From IMG/VR virus record IMGVR_UViG_3300050501_000235: DNA of 64,000 nt; one strand, 5' to 3'. Position 1 is the first letter of the stretch; every line of letters begins with the position of its first letter. This DNA is from a virus. Shown here in pieces: positions 1 to 9,729 of the stretch. Below the pieces are notes generated by a model that saw only the letters and a program-made list of their open reading frames with translations, did no database searches and was not told where the DNA came from. The position numbers were made by a program, and so were the translations under genes.

Positions 1-290
1 CGGGAGAGTGGAAGCCGGGGCATCAGTTGCCGTCGCAGGCAGCATGGGCGGCCGGTACTCCCGGCATGAAGATCCTGTACGGAACCTTGAGGGGGATCTA
101 CCTGACCCTCAAGACCGAAGGCTGGACCAAAGGCGTGCAGGGTGAGGGTGTGTACGTCGCCGACGAACCGCCGATCCCCGCAGCCGCCAAGAAGGCGAAG
201 GCCCCCCGCAGAGGCTCGATAGTGGGTTAACCAAAGACCCCAGTTAGAACCGAAAGATCTTGCAAGAGACCCCTTGAAGGTTCCTAGCGG

Positions 291-310
291 GCGGCTGTAT
301 AATTGAATCA
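291..310 (+). promoter_or_regulatory. Extended -10 promoter (GCGGCTGTATAATTGAATCA); near-identical copy at 57603..57625
   Basis: TGn-TATAAT element ~50 nt upstream of a strong RBS (AGGAGG) and the ATG at 347. A 19-nt identical copy precedes ORF 57660 at the same spacing. Confidence 0.5.
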
Positions 311-346
311 TACAGCAGAGCAATAGCTCACAAACAGGAGGAAGCA

Positions 347-973
347 ATGTCAAACCCGTTCGATGGCGGCGACACCACCGAGTCCGAGACCGCCGTTGCG
401 ACGCTCGATCCTCAGGCTGAGGCCGAGACCGCTGACGAGGCGGACGCCGACCTGGATGTCGACGTGGACACGGCCGCCGAGACGAACGACGAGGTCGAGA
501 CCATCGCCACCCCGCCGGTCATCAAGGGTGCAACGGTCAAGAAGGTCGGAGAGAAGGCCACCACGTCCACTCGCCGGCCCGTCGCCGAAGGCTACGTCGC
601 ACCTGTCGAGGCTGCGAAGGCACTCTCCCGGCACCTCACCACGAAGGCCCGCGAGGCGGGTCAGATCGGCGAGGACCAGGAGGTCGAGGTCAAGCCGCAG
701 GTGATGTACTCGTACATCAAGAACAATGGTCCCGAGAGCAAGAACCCTCTCCCGCGGTACACCGACGCGGCTCTCACCGGCGGACGCGAGTGCGTCGTGA
801 AGGTCGAAGAGGTCATCGAGTGGTGGGAGGCGAAGGACACCCGCGTTGCCGAGCGCAAGGCCAACGCCAAGGCCAAGGCTGACAAGAAGGCCGAGAACGC
901 CAAGAAGGAGACAGCCGCGGTCGTCGAGGCCGAGGACAAGGAGCCTGCGGCTCCCGTCGTCGAGGCCGAGTAG
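347..973 (+). CDS. Hypothetical protein with strongly acidic N-terminal half and Lys/Ala-rich basic C-terminus (possible DNA-binding or nucleoid-associated)
   Basis: ORF track, 208 aa. RBS AGGAGGAAGCAATG. Composition visible in the translation (D/E-rich 1-60, KAKA repeats at C-terminus). Confidence 0.6.
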   Translation: MSNPFDGGDTTESETAVATLDPQAEAETADEADADLDVDVDTAAETNDEVETIATPPVIKGATVKKVGEKATTSTRRPVAEGYVAPVEAAKALSRHLTTKAREAGQIGEDQEVEVKPQVMYSYIKNNGPESKNPLPRYTDAALTGGRECVVKVEEVIEWWEAKDTRVAERKANAKAKADKKAENAKKETAAVVEAEDKEPAAPVVEAE

Positions 974-1142
974 GTCGGAGTGGGGAAGCTGACACGAGTT
1001 GTGACTGACTCGGGAGTCGGCGTGGCGGTGTTGGAGTGGTTCGCCGTCAACAACTAATCTCCTGGTGTGTAACCTCTACCACCGCAGACCGTCTACCTCC
1101 CCAGGTCAGCGCGTGCGGGGCAATGTTACACACCAGGTCATA

Positions 1143-1218
1143 GCGGGTTAGAGGAGCTCGGTTGTCCTCGTCAGCCTCATAAGCTGAAGATCACTGGTTC
1201 GAATCCAGTACCCGCTAC
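1143..1218 (+). tRNA. tRNA-Met (anticodon CAT; could be an Ile-lysidine type)
   Basis: Manual fold: 7-bp acceptor AGCGGGT/ACCCGCT, D stem GAGG/CCTC, anticodon stem TCAGC/GCTGA with loop CTCATAA, T arm ACTGG-TTCGAAT-CCAGT. 76 nt. Confidence 0.7.
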
Positions 1219-1265
1219 GGAAAGGAGGTGGCATCTCGATCTCCTAGAGGGCTTCGGCCCTCACC

Positions 1266-1379
1266 CGGGAATGATGGGCGGTTGTCAACTACCCGAGGTA
1301 ACGCGTGGAGGGGTTTCTAGGGCCCCTGTGATAACGTCTCGCGGAGGTAGTGAGGTGGGTTCGAGTCCCACCATTCCCA
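1266..1379 (+). ncRNA. Atypically long tRNA-like element (~114 nt) with a 7-bp acceptor (GGGAATG/CATTCCC) and a canonical T arm (GTGGG-TTCGAGT-CCCAC)
   Basis: Acceptor and T arm are clear, but the interior is too long for a standard tRNA and the anticodon arm is not resolved by eye. Confidence 0.35.
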
Positions 1380-1656
1380 CGGTCAACCTGGTAAGACGGT
1401 CGAAGCTCATGCTGCAGCATGAGGGTGTACCTTAGTCCTCCGCCGAGGCGAAGATAAGGACTCTGGAGAAGCTAGGCAACGACACCTCTTCGACTTGAGG
1501 TGCTGTCTGACGAGATAGTGCTGGCGAGGGATTGCGGAGCACCAGGACCGTATAAGAACTGTGGCCAGCCCAACGCCGGAGCAGGGGACTGACGCTTGAG
1601 CCCCCGTCCAAAAAGTACCAGGAGAGCGTTCACTGGGAGCCGGCACTAACTGAATA

Positions 1657-1727
1657 GGGGATGTAACTCAATGGCAGAGTACCAGTCTTCCAAACTGGGT
1701 ACGCAGGTTCGATTCCTGTCATCCTCA
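1657..1727 (+). tRNA. tRNA-Gly (anticodon TCC)
   Basis: Acceptor GGGGATG/CATCCTC (one G-U pair), anticodon stem CCAGT/ACTGG with loop CTTCCAA, T arm CAGG-TTCGATT-CCTG. 71 nt. Confidence 0.7.
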
Positions 1728-1942
1728 CTCGCGTACGGTCTTCGGTCATGTACGACACTTTCATTCGATGAGAGCTGTTGGAAGCATGGGTCTGCTGGAG
1801 ACCGTACGCACTAAGTCAGACGTAGCACTGCCAAGGTAGTACCAGGGGAGCCTGGTGGAGGCTACCACCCCCGCTCAGGGGGCAGCGGCTTACTCACCGC
1901 TAGTGGTGCTGCGTCCCACAAGTAGACAGGGGGAAGATCGAG

Positions 1943-2209
1943 ATGCCCGAGGCGACGTTCGCGAACTACCACAACGGCGAGGCAATGCACTACATCGGTA
2001 GTACCAACGACCCTTGCCACCCGGCCATCGTTGCTGGGAACTGGGTGCAGGATGAGACGACAGGTGTGATCCTTCGTGCCGACGTCATTCAGCAGGACGC
2101 TGTCAGCCTCGGAGCTGTCGTGCCGCTACGCCACAACGGCGTGAGCTTTGACACCGACGCCGACACTGGCAACACGTTCCACTACCCCGGCTGTAACCGA
2201 GGGATGTAG
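1943..2209 (+). CDS. Hypothetical protein
   Basis: ORF track, 88 aa. Sits between RNA genes. Confidence 0.4.
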   Translation: MPEATFANYHNGEAMHYIGSTNDPCHPAIVAGNWVQDETTGVILRADVIQQDAVSLGAVVPLRHNGVSFDTDADTGNTFHYPGCNRGM

Positions 2210-2211
2210 TC

Positions 2212-2715
2212 GTGCCAACACTCAACACTCGGATAGACTTCACCATCGGTGCGACGCTACTCAACGACCTCGACTTGTCGGCGTCGGCCAAGGTAGCTCT
2301 CTCGCTGGCCAAGGCACTCGTGCTGACGAGTGGTACAGGTGCTGGTCAGGCTGATCAGCTTTGGTTCGACAAGCGGACCATCCTTGCTGCAGCCAACGAC
2401 GACCTAGACCTGGCGGGTGGAATCACCAACGGCTTGAACCAGACGGTGACGTTCGCCAAGCTGAAGCTGATCTTCATCTTCTCGGTCGCAGCGAACCTCA
2501 ACAACCTGACGATCGGTGGAGGTAGTAATCCACTAGTGAACTGGGTTGCGGCGGCAGGAGACGCCAACGTAGTTACGCCAGGCGGCGTCTTGTGGCTCTT
2601 CTCCCCAGGCAGCGGCTATGTTGTCACACCTGGCACAGCTGACATCCTTCGAGTAGCTAACCCCGCTGGCTCGGCATCTGACTACGAGATCGTTCTGGCT
2701 GGCACAACCGTATAA
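2212..2715 (+). CDS. Hypothetical protein
   Basis: ORF track, 167 aa. GTG start, immediately follows the previous ORF. Confidence 0.45.
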   Translation: MPTLNTRIDFTIGATLLNDLDLSASAKVALSLAKALVLTSGTGAGQADQLWFDKRTILAAANDDLDLAGGITNGLNQTVTFAKLKLIFIFSVAANLNNLTIGGGSNPLVNWVAAAGDANVVTPGGVLWLFSPGSGYVVTPGTADILRVANPAGSASDYEIVLAGTTV

Positions 2716-2730
2716 CAATTGAACATGGTG

Positions 2731-2828
2731 GGGATGAACCCTTGAGGTTGCGCTCTTCGGAGTCTTGCTGGGGCCACGGCACGCTCAGGGTACGTACGGC
2801 CGGCGGAGGTTCGAGTCCTCCCATCCCC
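2731..2828 (+). ncRNA. Long tRNA-like element (~98 nt): acceptor GGGGATG/CATCCCC plus T arm GGAGG-TTCGAGT-CCTCC
   Basis: Acceptor and T arm are unambiguous, but the interior is longer than any class II tRNA and the anticodon is not resolved. Confidence 0.35.
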
Positions 2829-3064
2829 ACGGTGGCGCCGGGTCAAACCTCCTTGGATGCCCGGTAACGCAGGCGCACCGTTCTGGATCCGATGGATATA
2901 CATCGGGGCGCCATCACAGTAACACCCAGGGTGAACGCGATCACTTGATCCGAACTAGCCTGGAAGAGATGAAGGCCCTTCATCATATGACCTGCTATGC
3001 GGCTATAAGATCGTCGAGGCCGGGCAAGCATAGCAGCGATATGGTGGAGGGCCTTTGTCTTCAT

Positions 3065-3157
3065 GGGCCTGTAGCTTAATTGGAAGAGCACCCCAGACGT
3101 GGGGATGTAAGACCTTTGAGTCATACGTGGATCTGGGTTCGAATCCCAGCAGGCCTA
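3065..3157 (+). ncRNA. Long tRNA-like element (~93 nt): acceptor GGGCCTG/CAGGCCT, D arm GCT-TAATTGGAAG-AGC, T arm CTGGG-TTCGAAT-CCCAG
   Basis: Acceptor, D-like and T arms are visible. An extra CCCC-AGAC-GTGGGG hairpin sits in the interior and the anticodon is not resolved. Confidence 0.4.
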
Positions 3158-3196
3158 CAAAAAGATCTACAACGGGACCCCTGGAAGTCAAACGGG

Positions 3197-3211
3197 GGTT
3201 TCCTATATAAT
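3197..3211 (+). promoter_or_regulatory. Promoter-like TTCCTATATAATAGA; identical 15-mer at 12997..13011
   Basis: TATAAT-containing 15-mer repeated exactly twice, each ~40 nt upstream of a gene start (3247 and 13041) and each downstream of tRNA-like elements. Confidence 0.45.
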
Positions 3212-3246
3212 AGATTAATACACGCACAACAACGGAGGCGGTATGC

Positions 3247-3489
3247 ATGCACGCATGCAAGCTAAGCGATATCCTCTCTGACGAGGAGATAGGCTTCCTC
3301 CACGACGCCATGGAATCTGCAATGGGCGAAGCGGAGGAAGTGCTTGAACGGCACAAGAGCGAAGAGCCGCCGCTGTTCGACGTACAGACAACGGGCGAGG
3401 CTGCTGAAGACTATGTCAACCTAGTTGCAAGTCAGAAGCGACGTCTCGAAGCCCTTCAAAGGATCTACAACCTCTGCGAAGGGGGGTGA
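3247..3489 (+). CDS. Hypothetical protein
   Basis: ORF track, 80 aa. Confidence 0.45.
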   Translation: MHACKLSDILSDEEIGFLHDAMESAMGEAEEVLERHKSEEPPLFDVQTTGEAAEDYVNLVASQKRRLEALQRIYNLCEGG

Positions 3490-4079
3490 AAATGACCGAC
3501 CAGAAGGTAGACGACGATCGCCCCACCTCCGTAGTGTTTGACCACTGCGTCAAGGTGTACGCCGAGATGGCTGCACAGTCCCTCGAGGAAGTGATCAGTG
3601 CATCTGAGCACCCCGACGACCCTGCGAACCATATGTTGGTGTACGAGGGACAACTCACGAAGTTGTTCGGAGCGCTAGCACTCAGTACTCCCTACTACAC
3701 TTCGGTGATGAACCACCTGAAGTCCATGGGCTGCGTGGAACAGCTGCGACGGGGTGGAGGCAACTCTCCCAGCCGCTGGCGACTCCTTCGCGAGCCGGAC
3801 GAGGATTCCTTCCGAAGCATCGAAGGGATGAAGCGCTCGCGCACGGGCAAGACTGCAGCACTGGAACAGCAAGTGCGTGACTTGAACAAGCGGCTGCATG
3901 CAGCTGAGACGGAGCTGAGCAACCTGAAGGCAATGGTCAACAGGTTGGCGGAACTAAACAATGGTATATCGGTACAGGCTGCTCGTGGTGAGATGGCATA
4001 CAAGGAGCTACGCACACACTCACATGCCGTGCACACAATGCCTGGAGAAGCACCAGTAGTTCTGGAGGCGACAAAGTGA
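3486..4079 (+). CDS. Hypothetical protein with C-terminal coiled-coil
   Basis: ORF track, 197 aa. Start overlaps the upstream stop (ATGA). Heptad-like LxxL segment. Confidence 0.5.
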   Translation: MKMTDQKVDDDRPTSVVFDHCVKVYAEMAAQSLEEVISASEHPDDPANHMLVYEGQLTKLFGALALSTPYYTSVMNHLKSMGCVEQLRRGGGNSPSRWRLLREPDEDSFRSIEGMKRSRTGKTAALEQQVRDLNKRLHAAETELSNLKAMVNRLAELNNGISVQAARGEMAYKELRTHSHAVHTMPGEAPVVLEATK

Positions 4080-4396
4080 CAGACAGTAGTCAAACGACCC
4101 TCGAAGAGGCCAGCCGTTGCCCCAAGTGTGGACAGGCTGGGAACCAGACGAGCACGAAGCCTCTCACCTCCGGCTCCGGCAAGCTGCTGATGTTCAAGTG
4201 TGAGAACAGTCGTTGCAGGTGGTTCAACACTGAGTGGCCGGTGCAGGTGAGTGCCAACGGAACTATCCCGTTGACGCTCCAGCGGCCCAAGCAGTTCCAG
4301 CCGCTCATCGATGACGGCGGCAGGACGCTTGCCAACATCGAGAGGCAGTTGGAACTGGAGACCCAGAAGGGCTCCGAGATTAACAGAAGACGCTGA
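4076..4396 (+). CDS. Small zinc-ribbon protein (CPKCG...C..C)
   Basis: ORF track, 106 aa. Two CxxC pairs. Confidence 0.45.
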   Translation: MTDSSQTTLEEASRCPKCGQAGNQTSTKPLTSGSGKLLMFKCENSRCRWFNTEWPVQVSANGTIPLTLQRPKQFQPLIDDGGRTLANIERQLELETQKGSEINRRR

Positions 4397-4517
4397 GGAA
4401 GAGAGAACGCAATGAGACCGTGATAGACTAGAGATAGACCAAGGTTTCCGCGCTCTCATATACCCTAAGTAAGGGCAAGATCCCTTGGTGTCTATCTTAG
4501 TCTAACAGGGAGGTTCA

Positions 4518-5000
4518 GTGAGCGACAACAACGAGAGCGAAGGCGAGGCCCGTGAGGGTCATTCGTATGAGGGTGTAGAGGCGGCAGCGATCCAGAAGGA
4601 AGTGACAGACCTCCAGAACCTCTGGAACGCTTACGTCGAACTGACATCCGATGGTCGCGTTGCGGCAGGCCTTCATCCGCCGCCCGCCTTCATGGCCATG
4701 TACAGTGCACTGTTGGACATCAACAAGCCACTTGAAGCCATCATGGATATCGTCGAGCACACCCAGGAGAACTACGACGCGCTCAGCAGCACGCTGACTC
4801 GTGTGGTGGCCTTCGGCGACGCCATGTTTCGCTTTGGTCAGTGGTGTGTGTCGCAGGGCTTGCTCCACGCCAACGCCATCCAGTGTCAGTGTGGAGCCGT
4901 CGACGACGACGAACTCAGCGAGGTGGCCAACAGTGACGTGAAGGTCGACCTATCCGACGACGCCCTCAGGGCTTGGTTGGAAGGCGGCAAGGGTGCATAA
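4518..5000 (+). CDS. Hypothetical acidic protein
   Basis: ORF track, 160 aa. RBS GGGAGG upstream. Overlaps the helicase start by 8 nt. Confidence 0.5.
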   Translation: MSDNNESEGEAREGHSYEGVEAAAIQKEVTDLQNLWNAYVELTSDGRVAAGLHPPPAFMAMYSALLDINKPLEAIMDIVEHTQENYDALSSTLTRVVAFGDAMFRFGQWCVSQGLLHANAIQCQCGAVDDDELSEVANSDVKVDLSDDALRAWLEGGKGA

Positions 5001-6534
5001 GCTGTACGACTTCCAAGAGAGTCTGGTTGCCAAGCACGTCGAAGTCCCCTTCACACTGGTGGGCGATGACATGGGCCTTGGCAAGACGATCGAAGCTATC
5101 GAGATCGACCGTCGCAAGAGAGAACGTTTCGCAGCCAACTTCATTGCCACGTACAAGGGAAAGCCACTCACGTTGGTAGTGACGCCGCTAACAGTCACCG
5201 GATCGTGGCTGCGTCACTACCGTGAGTGGGCACCTCACCTGAAGGTCATGGTCATCGATCCCAAGAACCGTCCAGCCTTCCTGAACGCCGTGCAACAAGG
5301 CTTGGCAGATGTGTTCGTCTGCCACTGGGAAGGCCTTCGGATGATCGAGGAGCTCCGAAGCTTCAGGTGGTTCCACGTCATAGCAGACGAAGTGCACCGA
5401 GCAAAGAACCGTAAGTCACAACAGACGGTAGCGCTCAAGCTTCTGCATACAGACCACAAGCTAGGTCTGTCGGGAACCCCCGCAGACAACCGTCCCGACG
5501 ACTTCTGGAGTGTACTGAACTGGTTGTACCCGAAGACGTTTACGTCATACAACCAGTTCAGGAACTACCACTTGATCATCAAGCGCCACACCAAGGGCAG
5601 TGACTCCTCACCCTATTGTACCGCTGTGGGCTGTGAGGTGGATCATAGGTCCAGCTTCGACGAGATCATCGGCTGTGCGCACGTCGACGAGCTCCAACGA
5701 GCAATCAGACCCTACTACACACGGCGGCTCAAGGAGCAGGTGCTCGACGAGCTACCGGACAAGTATCACAACGACGTCTTCGTCGACATCACCCCACAGC
5801 AACGACGTGCCTACAACGAGATGCGCAAGCACATGTTGGCTTGGGTGGGTAAGCATGAGAACGAACCCATCGCAGCACCGATCGTGCTAGCACAACTCAG
5901 GCGGCTCCAGCAGTTCGCGTGTGCATATGCACGTACCGAGACCGTCTTCAGACGGAAGAAGGACTGCAAGGATCCGGTATGCCTCGCCAACACCCTAGCA
6001 GCAGGCAAGTCTGTCTGTTCGGGTCACTGGGTGGAAGTGCTTAGGCTTGAAGAGCCCAGCTCCAAGTTGGATGCCGTGATGGAGATTGTCATGGACAACC
6101 CAACGCAGCAGCTGGTGGTCTTCAGCCAGAGTAGGCAGATGATCGACATGCTCGCAAAGCGCCTTGAGAAGCAGAAGGTGCCAACGGCGATCCTCACCGG
6201 TGACACACCCCAAGGCACCAAGCCAGGCCAACGTGACGACCTGGTAGAGAGATTCCAGCAGGGAGACTTCCGAGTCTTCGGCTCGACGATTCGTGCAGGT
6301 GGTGAAGGCATCACGCTCACCGCTTCGTCACACGTCGTGTTCACGGACAGAGACTGGAGCCCGTCTAAGAACAACCAGGCGGAGGACAGATGCCATCGCA
6401 TCGGGCAGAAGAATGCCGTTCAGGTAACTAGCATCATCGCCAACGGCACGCTGGAGCCCAAGCGGAACAAACAGATCGAGATGAAGTGGCAGTGGCTCAA
6501 GGAGATCCTCGGCGACGAAGTTCCTCCAGAGTAG
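4993..6534 (+). CDS. SNF2/RAD54-family DNA-dependent ATPase (helicase)
   Basis: Motif I DDMGLGKT, LSGTPADNRPDDFWSVLNWL and the C-terminal helicase motif QAEDRCHRIGQ in the translation. 513 aa. Confidence 0.8.
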   Translation: MHKLYDFQESLVAKHVEVPFTLVGDDMGLGKTIEAIEIDRRKRERFAANFIATYKGKPLTLVVTPLTVTGSWLRHYREWAPHLKVMVIDPKNRPAFLNAVQQGLADVFVCHWEGLRMIEELRSFRWFHVIADEVHRAKNRKSQQTVALKLLHTDHKLGLSGTPADNRPDDFWSVLNWLYPKTFTSYNQFRNYHLIIKRHTKGSDSSPYCTAVGCEVDHRSSFDEIIGCAHVDELQRAIRPYYTRRLKEQVLDELPDKYHNDVFVDITPQQRRAYNEMRKHMLAWVGKHENEPIAAPIVLAQLRRLQQFACAYARTETVFRRKKDCKDPVCLANTLAAGKSVCSGHWVEVLRLEEPSSKLDAVMEIVMDNPTQQLVVFSQSRQMIDMLAKRLEKQKVPTAILTGDTPQGTKPGQRDDLVERFQQGDFRVFGSTIRAGGEGITLTASSHVVFTDRDWSPSKNNQAEDRCHRIGQKNAVQVTSIIANGTLEPKRNKQIEMKWQWLKEILGDEVPPE

Positions 6535-6557
6535 ACTGGCACTGAGTAGGAGGTGCA

Positions 6558-6851
6558 ATGGTGACCGAAGCTCCAACAGGTCACGACCCGGCAGCATCGC
6601 CGGACACCGTCGTTGACCCCTGCTTCTTCAGAGGGTGTATGCGAAGCACTGCCGAGCTAGGTACCATCGTCGGCCCCAACGGCTACGGTGAACTGCTCGT
6701 CGCAAGGCCTTGCTTGCACGACGACAAGCCTGACAGGGATGAGCGGCGGGACTTCTGGACGTCGTCCAGGGCAATTGTGGACATCGCTCTCGAGCCTGAC
6801 CACTCACCCAGAAGCATGACCGAGATCAACATGCGCGGAGGACTCAAGTGA
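6558..6851 (+). CDS. Hypothetical protein
   Basis: ORF track, 97 aa. RBS AGGAGGTGCAATG. Confidence 0.45.
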   Translation: MVTEAPTGHDPAASPDTVVDPCFFRGCMRSTAELGTIVGPNGYGELLVARPCLHDDKPDRDERRDFWTSSRAIVDIALEPDHSPRSMTEINMRGGLK

Positions 6852-7354
6852 AGATCGACACCAAGGAGAAGTACGAGGAGCGCTTCTTGCGCCGGCGAGT
6901 TCGTATGGCCAAGAAGGTGCGAGACTCCGACAGGGAGCAGGCCTGGGCGAATCACCTCCACAGTGCCCTCCCTGCTCGACTGATCAAGCCTCGTCGAGTC
7001 AAGTACCAGCACGGCTGGGGCAGCAAGCCCGACCACGCCGCACGTGTGGTCAGCCTCGAGAACGCGTTCACCCTCAAGCCCGAGAAGTCGAAGGACTGGT
7101 TCCCCAACGTCGGCGGCATCCGCATCGTTGGCAACTACGGCTCTTGCGATCGTACATTGGTCGCCTGGTCCGAGGAAGTCAACACCGTCGGCCCCAGCAA
7201 CCACTCGGTGACGGAGTACTTCGCGTACGCATATCCGTGCACCGTCGACCACGGCTGGAAGCAGCACAGAACCGACAAGCGCACACTCGGCGGCCTGGTC
7301 CGTTCCGCCGGGGAGAAGGGTGAGCACCGAGACAGCCTCGGGAGGACCTGGTAG
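6848..7354 (+). CDS. Hypothetical basic protein
   Basis: ORF track, 168 aa. Overlapping start/stop with the upstream ORF. Confidence 0.45.
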   Translation: MKIDTKEKYEERFLRRRVRMAKKVRDSDREQAWANHLHSALPARLIKPRRVKYQHGWGSKPDHAARVVSLENAFTLKPEKSKDWFPNVGGIRIVGNYGSCDRTLVAWSEEVNTVGPSNHSVTEYFAYAYPCTVDHGWKQHRTDKRTLGGLVRSAGEKGEHRDSLGRTW

Positions 7355-7520
7355 TGGAGATGATGACCTCTCCAGGTCAGCCTGCATACGAAGCCTGGCA
7401 GGCAGGTTGCACTTGCTCCTGGCTCCGAGGCTTCGGTGCAGGTAACAAACCTGAAGTGTGGGAGGAGCACATCATCTCACCAGACAATGAATGTCCTATC
7501 CATAAGGGGGACACAACGAA

Positions 7521-8675
7521 ATGGCAAGTGGCAACATCACCTTCAACATGAGCGTGAAGCTTACGTGCAACTGGTGCTGCAACGTCGACCCGTTCACGTG
7601 TGTCATTCATGGCAAAGAGAACCTGGAGACCTACAAGCGCAACCTGCTAGCCGAGAGAACGAACCAGTGGATGGCACAAGCTGAGCAGGCAAACCAATGG
7701 ATGGCCGACGCCATGAAGCGCGTCATGCAAGAGCGCATCGAAGTGGTCAACTACGGAGGCCGTCGCACGGGTGTCATCGGCTTCGACCCAGGCACCAAGT
7801 ACACCAGCATCTCCGTCTACAACAAGCCACCAGAGCGTCGGCTCGACGACTACCTCATGGAAGAGCTCGGTCGAGAGATCGACGAGTACTACTGGCCAAG
7901 CCAAACGCCGGGCGGCAACAGTGTCAGCCGGGCAATCCTGGACGCTGAGCGCAACGTGCAGCGCAAGCTCGCCGGCAGCCCAACTGGGAGGCTCACAGGC
8001 CTTCACTACTATCCGCACAGGAGCCAGCTCGGCTACCACAACATCAATCCGCGTAGCGGGCTAGTCTCAGCAGTCGACTACACGCTGCCGCCGTACTCCA
8101 GGACGTTGCCAGGATACTCCAAGAGAGACGTAGAGGCAACCCTACATATGCGAGTGCACCAAGCAATATGCACCCGTGAGTGTTCCTGCAACAACCCGTT
8201 CGAAATCACAACCGATGATGGAGGAAACGAAATGAACCGTCGCGAGGTCATCGCCGCCGAGATGCGTCGTCTCCAGAAGGAGATGGCGGTACTCGATCGC
8301 TTCCCGGCGACCGATCCGTTCGAGAACGGCACCGTCCTGATGTTCGAGAGGGTGTTCGGCCTGAGCTGGGAGGACGTGAAGGACAGCGACACCGCCACCA
8401 AGTACATCTACGCGGCCCTGAAGGTCAACAACCTCTGGTACACCACCGGCAACAGCAACCGCAACAGCGTCTGCTACTCGTGGTCGCAGTTGGTCGAGTG
8501 GCTCGGAGATCACGTTGGCGAGATCGTCGTCATGAGCGAAAGCATGTCCCTCGAGGCCTTCGTCGAGGCCAAGAAGAACGCCAGTAAGTCGGTATCGACC
8601 GACGGAGCCTCGTTCCCCAACACCGGCGCCGAGGACGAGACCAACATGCTGAGCCACGGCGACAAGGGCGAGTAG
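7521..8675 (+). CDS. Hypothetical protein with N-terminal Cys cluster and a YqgF/RuvC-like motif (GVIGFDPGTKYTSISVY)
   Basis: ORF track, 384 aa. RBS AAGGGGGACACAACGAAATG. The motif resembles an RNase H-fold nuclease N-terminus (inference). Confidence 0.5.
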   Translation: MASGNITFNMSVKLTCNWCCNVDPFTCVIHGKENLETYKRNLLAERTNQWMAQAEQANQWMADAMKRVMQERIEVVNYGGRRTGVIGFDPGTKYTSISVYNKPPERRLDDYLMEELGREIDEYYWPSQTPGGNSVSRAILDAERNVQRKLAGSPTGRLTGLHYYPHRSQLGYHNINPRSGLVSAVDYTLPPYSRTLPGYSKRDVEATLHMRVHQAICTRECSCNNPFEITTDDGGNEMNRREVIAAEMRRLQKEMAVLDRFPATDPFENGTVLMFERVFGLSWEDVKDSDTATKYIYAALKVNNLWYTTGNSNRNSVCYSWSQLVEWLGDHVGEIVVMSESMSLEAFVEAKKNASKSVSTDGASFPNTGAEDETNMLSHGDKGE

Positions 8676-9068
8676 CGGTGTTCGAGTCCAGTCCGACCAG
8701 TTGGCCTGACGCAGTGATGTGCATCGGTCTAGTCGTCGGTGTCGTCGTGTGTGTCTTCTGCATGGCCAAGTACGTCTGGGGTCCATGCACCAAGCCACAC
8801 GTCGAGGAGAAGAAGGTCGACTAGGCGGTGAGCACCAAGAAGCCCTACGGCAGATGTCCAGAGTCACTCGGACTTCACAGTCCACTGGACGGCGACGGCC
8901 GATGCTCATGGTGTGAACAGAAAGTGGGAAGCGCACAGCCAGCGCCACCGCTCGAACGTTGGGTGAGTGTGCTCTGGCTGGCCTACCGCTACTACTACGA
9001 CCCCGACTACGGTACACGTAACATCGACCAGTACTAATCAACAGTTCAGTTCTAGCACAGGAGTTCGT

Positions 9069-9404
9069 ATGGGAGCACCATCCACACGTCCGAAGATCGT
9101 GGAGTACTTCGCCAAGCGACCTGGCGAACACTGCTTCTTGGGTGACATCACCAAGGACACCAAGCTGCTCACGCAGCAGGTCCAAAGCGCCATCAACAAC
9201 ATCCGCGCTGCTCACGCGCGTGGCGAGATCGACTTTCCGATCGAGGTCCACCAGAAGGGTCAGATCTGGATCTACCGTCCCAACTCAGACAAGGACGAGG
9301 TGGCGACCGGCAAGATGATGTTCGAAGAGGTCGGACCAACGAAGCGCAACACCATCGTCATCCAGAGCACCGACGGCAAGCTGTACGAGGCCACTGAGCT
9401 GTAG
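9069..9404 (+). CDS. Hypothetical protein
   Basis: ATG at 9069 with RBS AGGAGTTCGTATG, inside track ORF 8967..9404. Confidence 0.45.
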   Translation: MGAPSTRPKIVEYFAKRPGEHCFLGDITKDTKLLTQQVQSAINNIRAAHARGEIDFPIEVHQKGQIWIYRPNSDKDEVATGKMMFEEVGPTKRNTIVIQSTDGKLYEATEL

Positions 9405-9543
9405 CGGCCAAACGTCACCACATTGATCAACCGCACCTTTGTCAGTACAGTTCTCCACAGGGCCAAAGCTTCGAGTGCTCCATGGCTCGCAGCGCTTGCA
9501 ACAAACGCCCTGTGGGGATCTGTATTCGCAAAGCCACACATTG

Positions 9544-9720
9544 ATGGGAGTGAATGTATTGGACTCCGACGCAAAGAAGCTCGTCATTGGTATCGCCGTA
9601 CTCGCTCTCTGGGTAGGCGCCATGGTTGTCAGCTGTGACATTGCGCAGAGCAAGTGCTGGGAACGTGGAGGCACCGTCGAGAGAGTGTGGGGCACAAATG
9701 GCTGGATCTGTGACGAGTAG
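9544..9720 (+). CDS. Small membrane protein (single TM) with CxxxxxxC
   Basis: ATG at 9544 in the frame of track ORF 9439..9720. Hydrophobic IGIAVLALWVGAMVV segment. Confidence 0.3.
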   Translation: MGVNVLDSDAKKLVIGIAVLALWVGAMVVSCDIAQSKCWERGGTVERVWGTNGWICDE

Positions 9721-9729
9721 GAGAAGCAC

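Noticed and set aside
350-1053. Minus-strand ORFs 350..634 and 661..1053 (plus an internal plus-frame ORF 363..704) overlapping the 347..973 gene
   Set aside because: They are antisense or alternate-frame ORFs typical of high-GC DNA, with no RBS. The plus-strand gene has a strong promoter and RBS.
1266-1656. tmRNA hypothesis for the tRNA-like element plus downstream spacer
   Set aside because: The acceptor and T-arm halves are only 114 nt apart and enclose no tag-peptide reading frame of the usual form. The region is more consistent with an aberrant tRNA followed by a spacer.
3695-4459. 254-aa minus-strand ORF overlapping plus-strand genes 3486..4396
   Set aside because: It lies opposite two well-formed plus-strand genes in a uniformly plus-strand arm and is Arg/Ser-rich, the usual profile of a spurious antisense frame.
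8142-9251. 369-aa minus-strand ORF
   Set aside because: It overlaps plus-strand ORFs 7521..8675 and 9069..9404. Its composition (R/A/G-rich) is consistent with an antisense artefact in GC-rich sequence.
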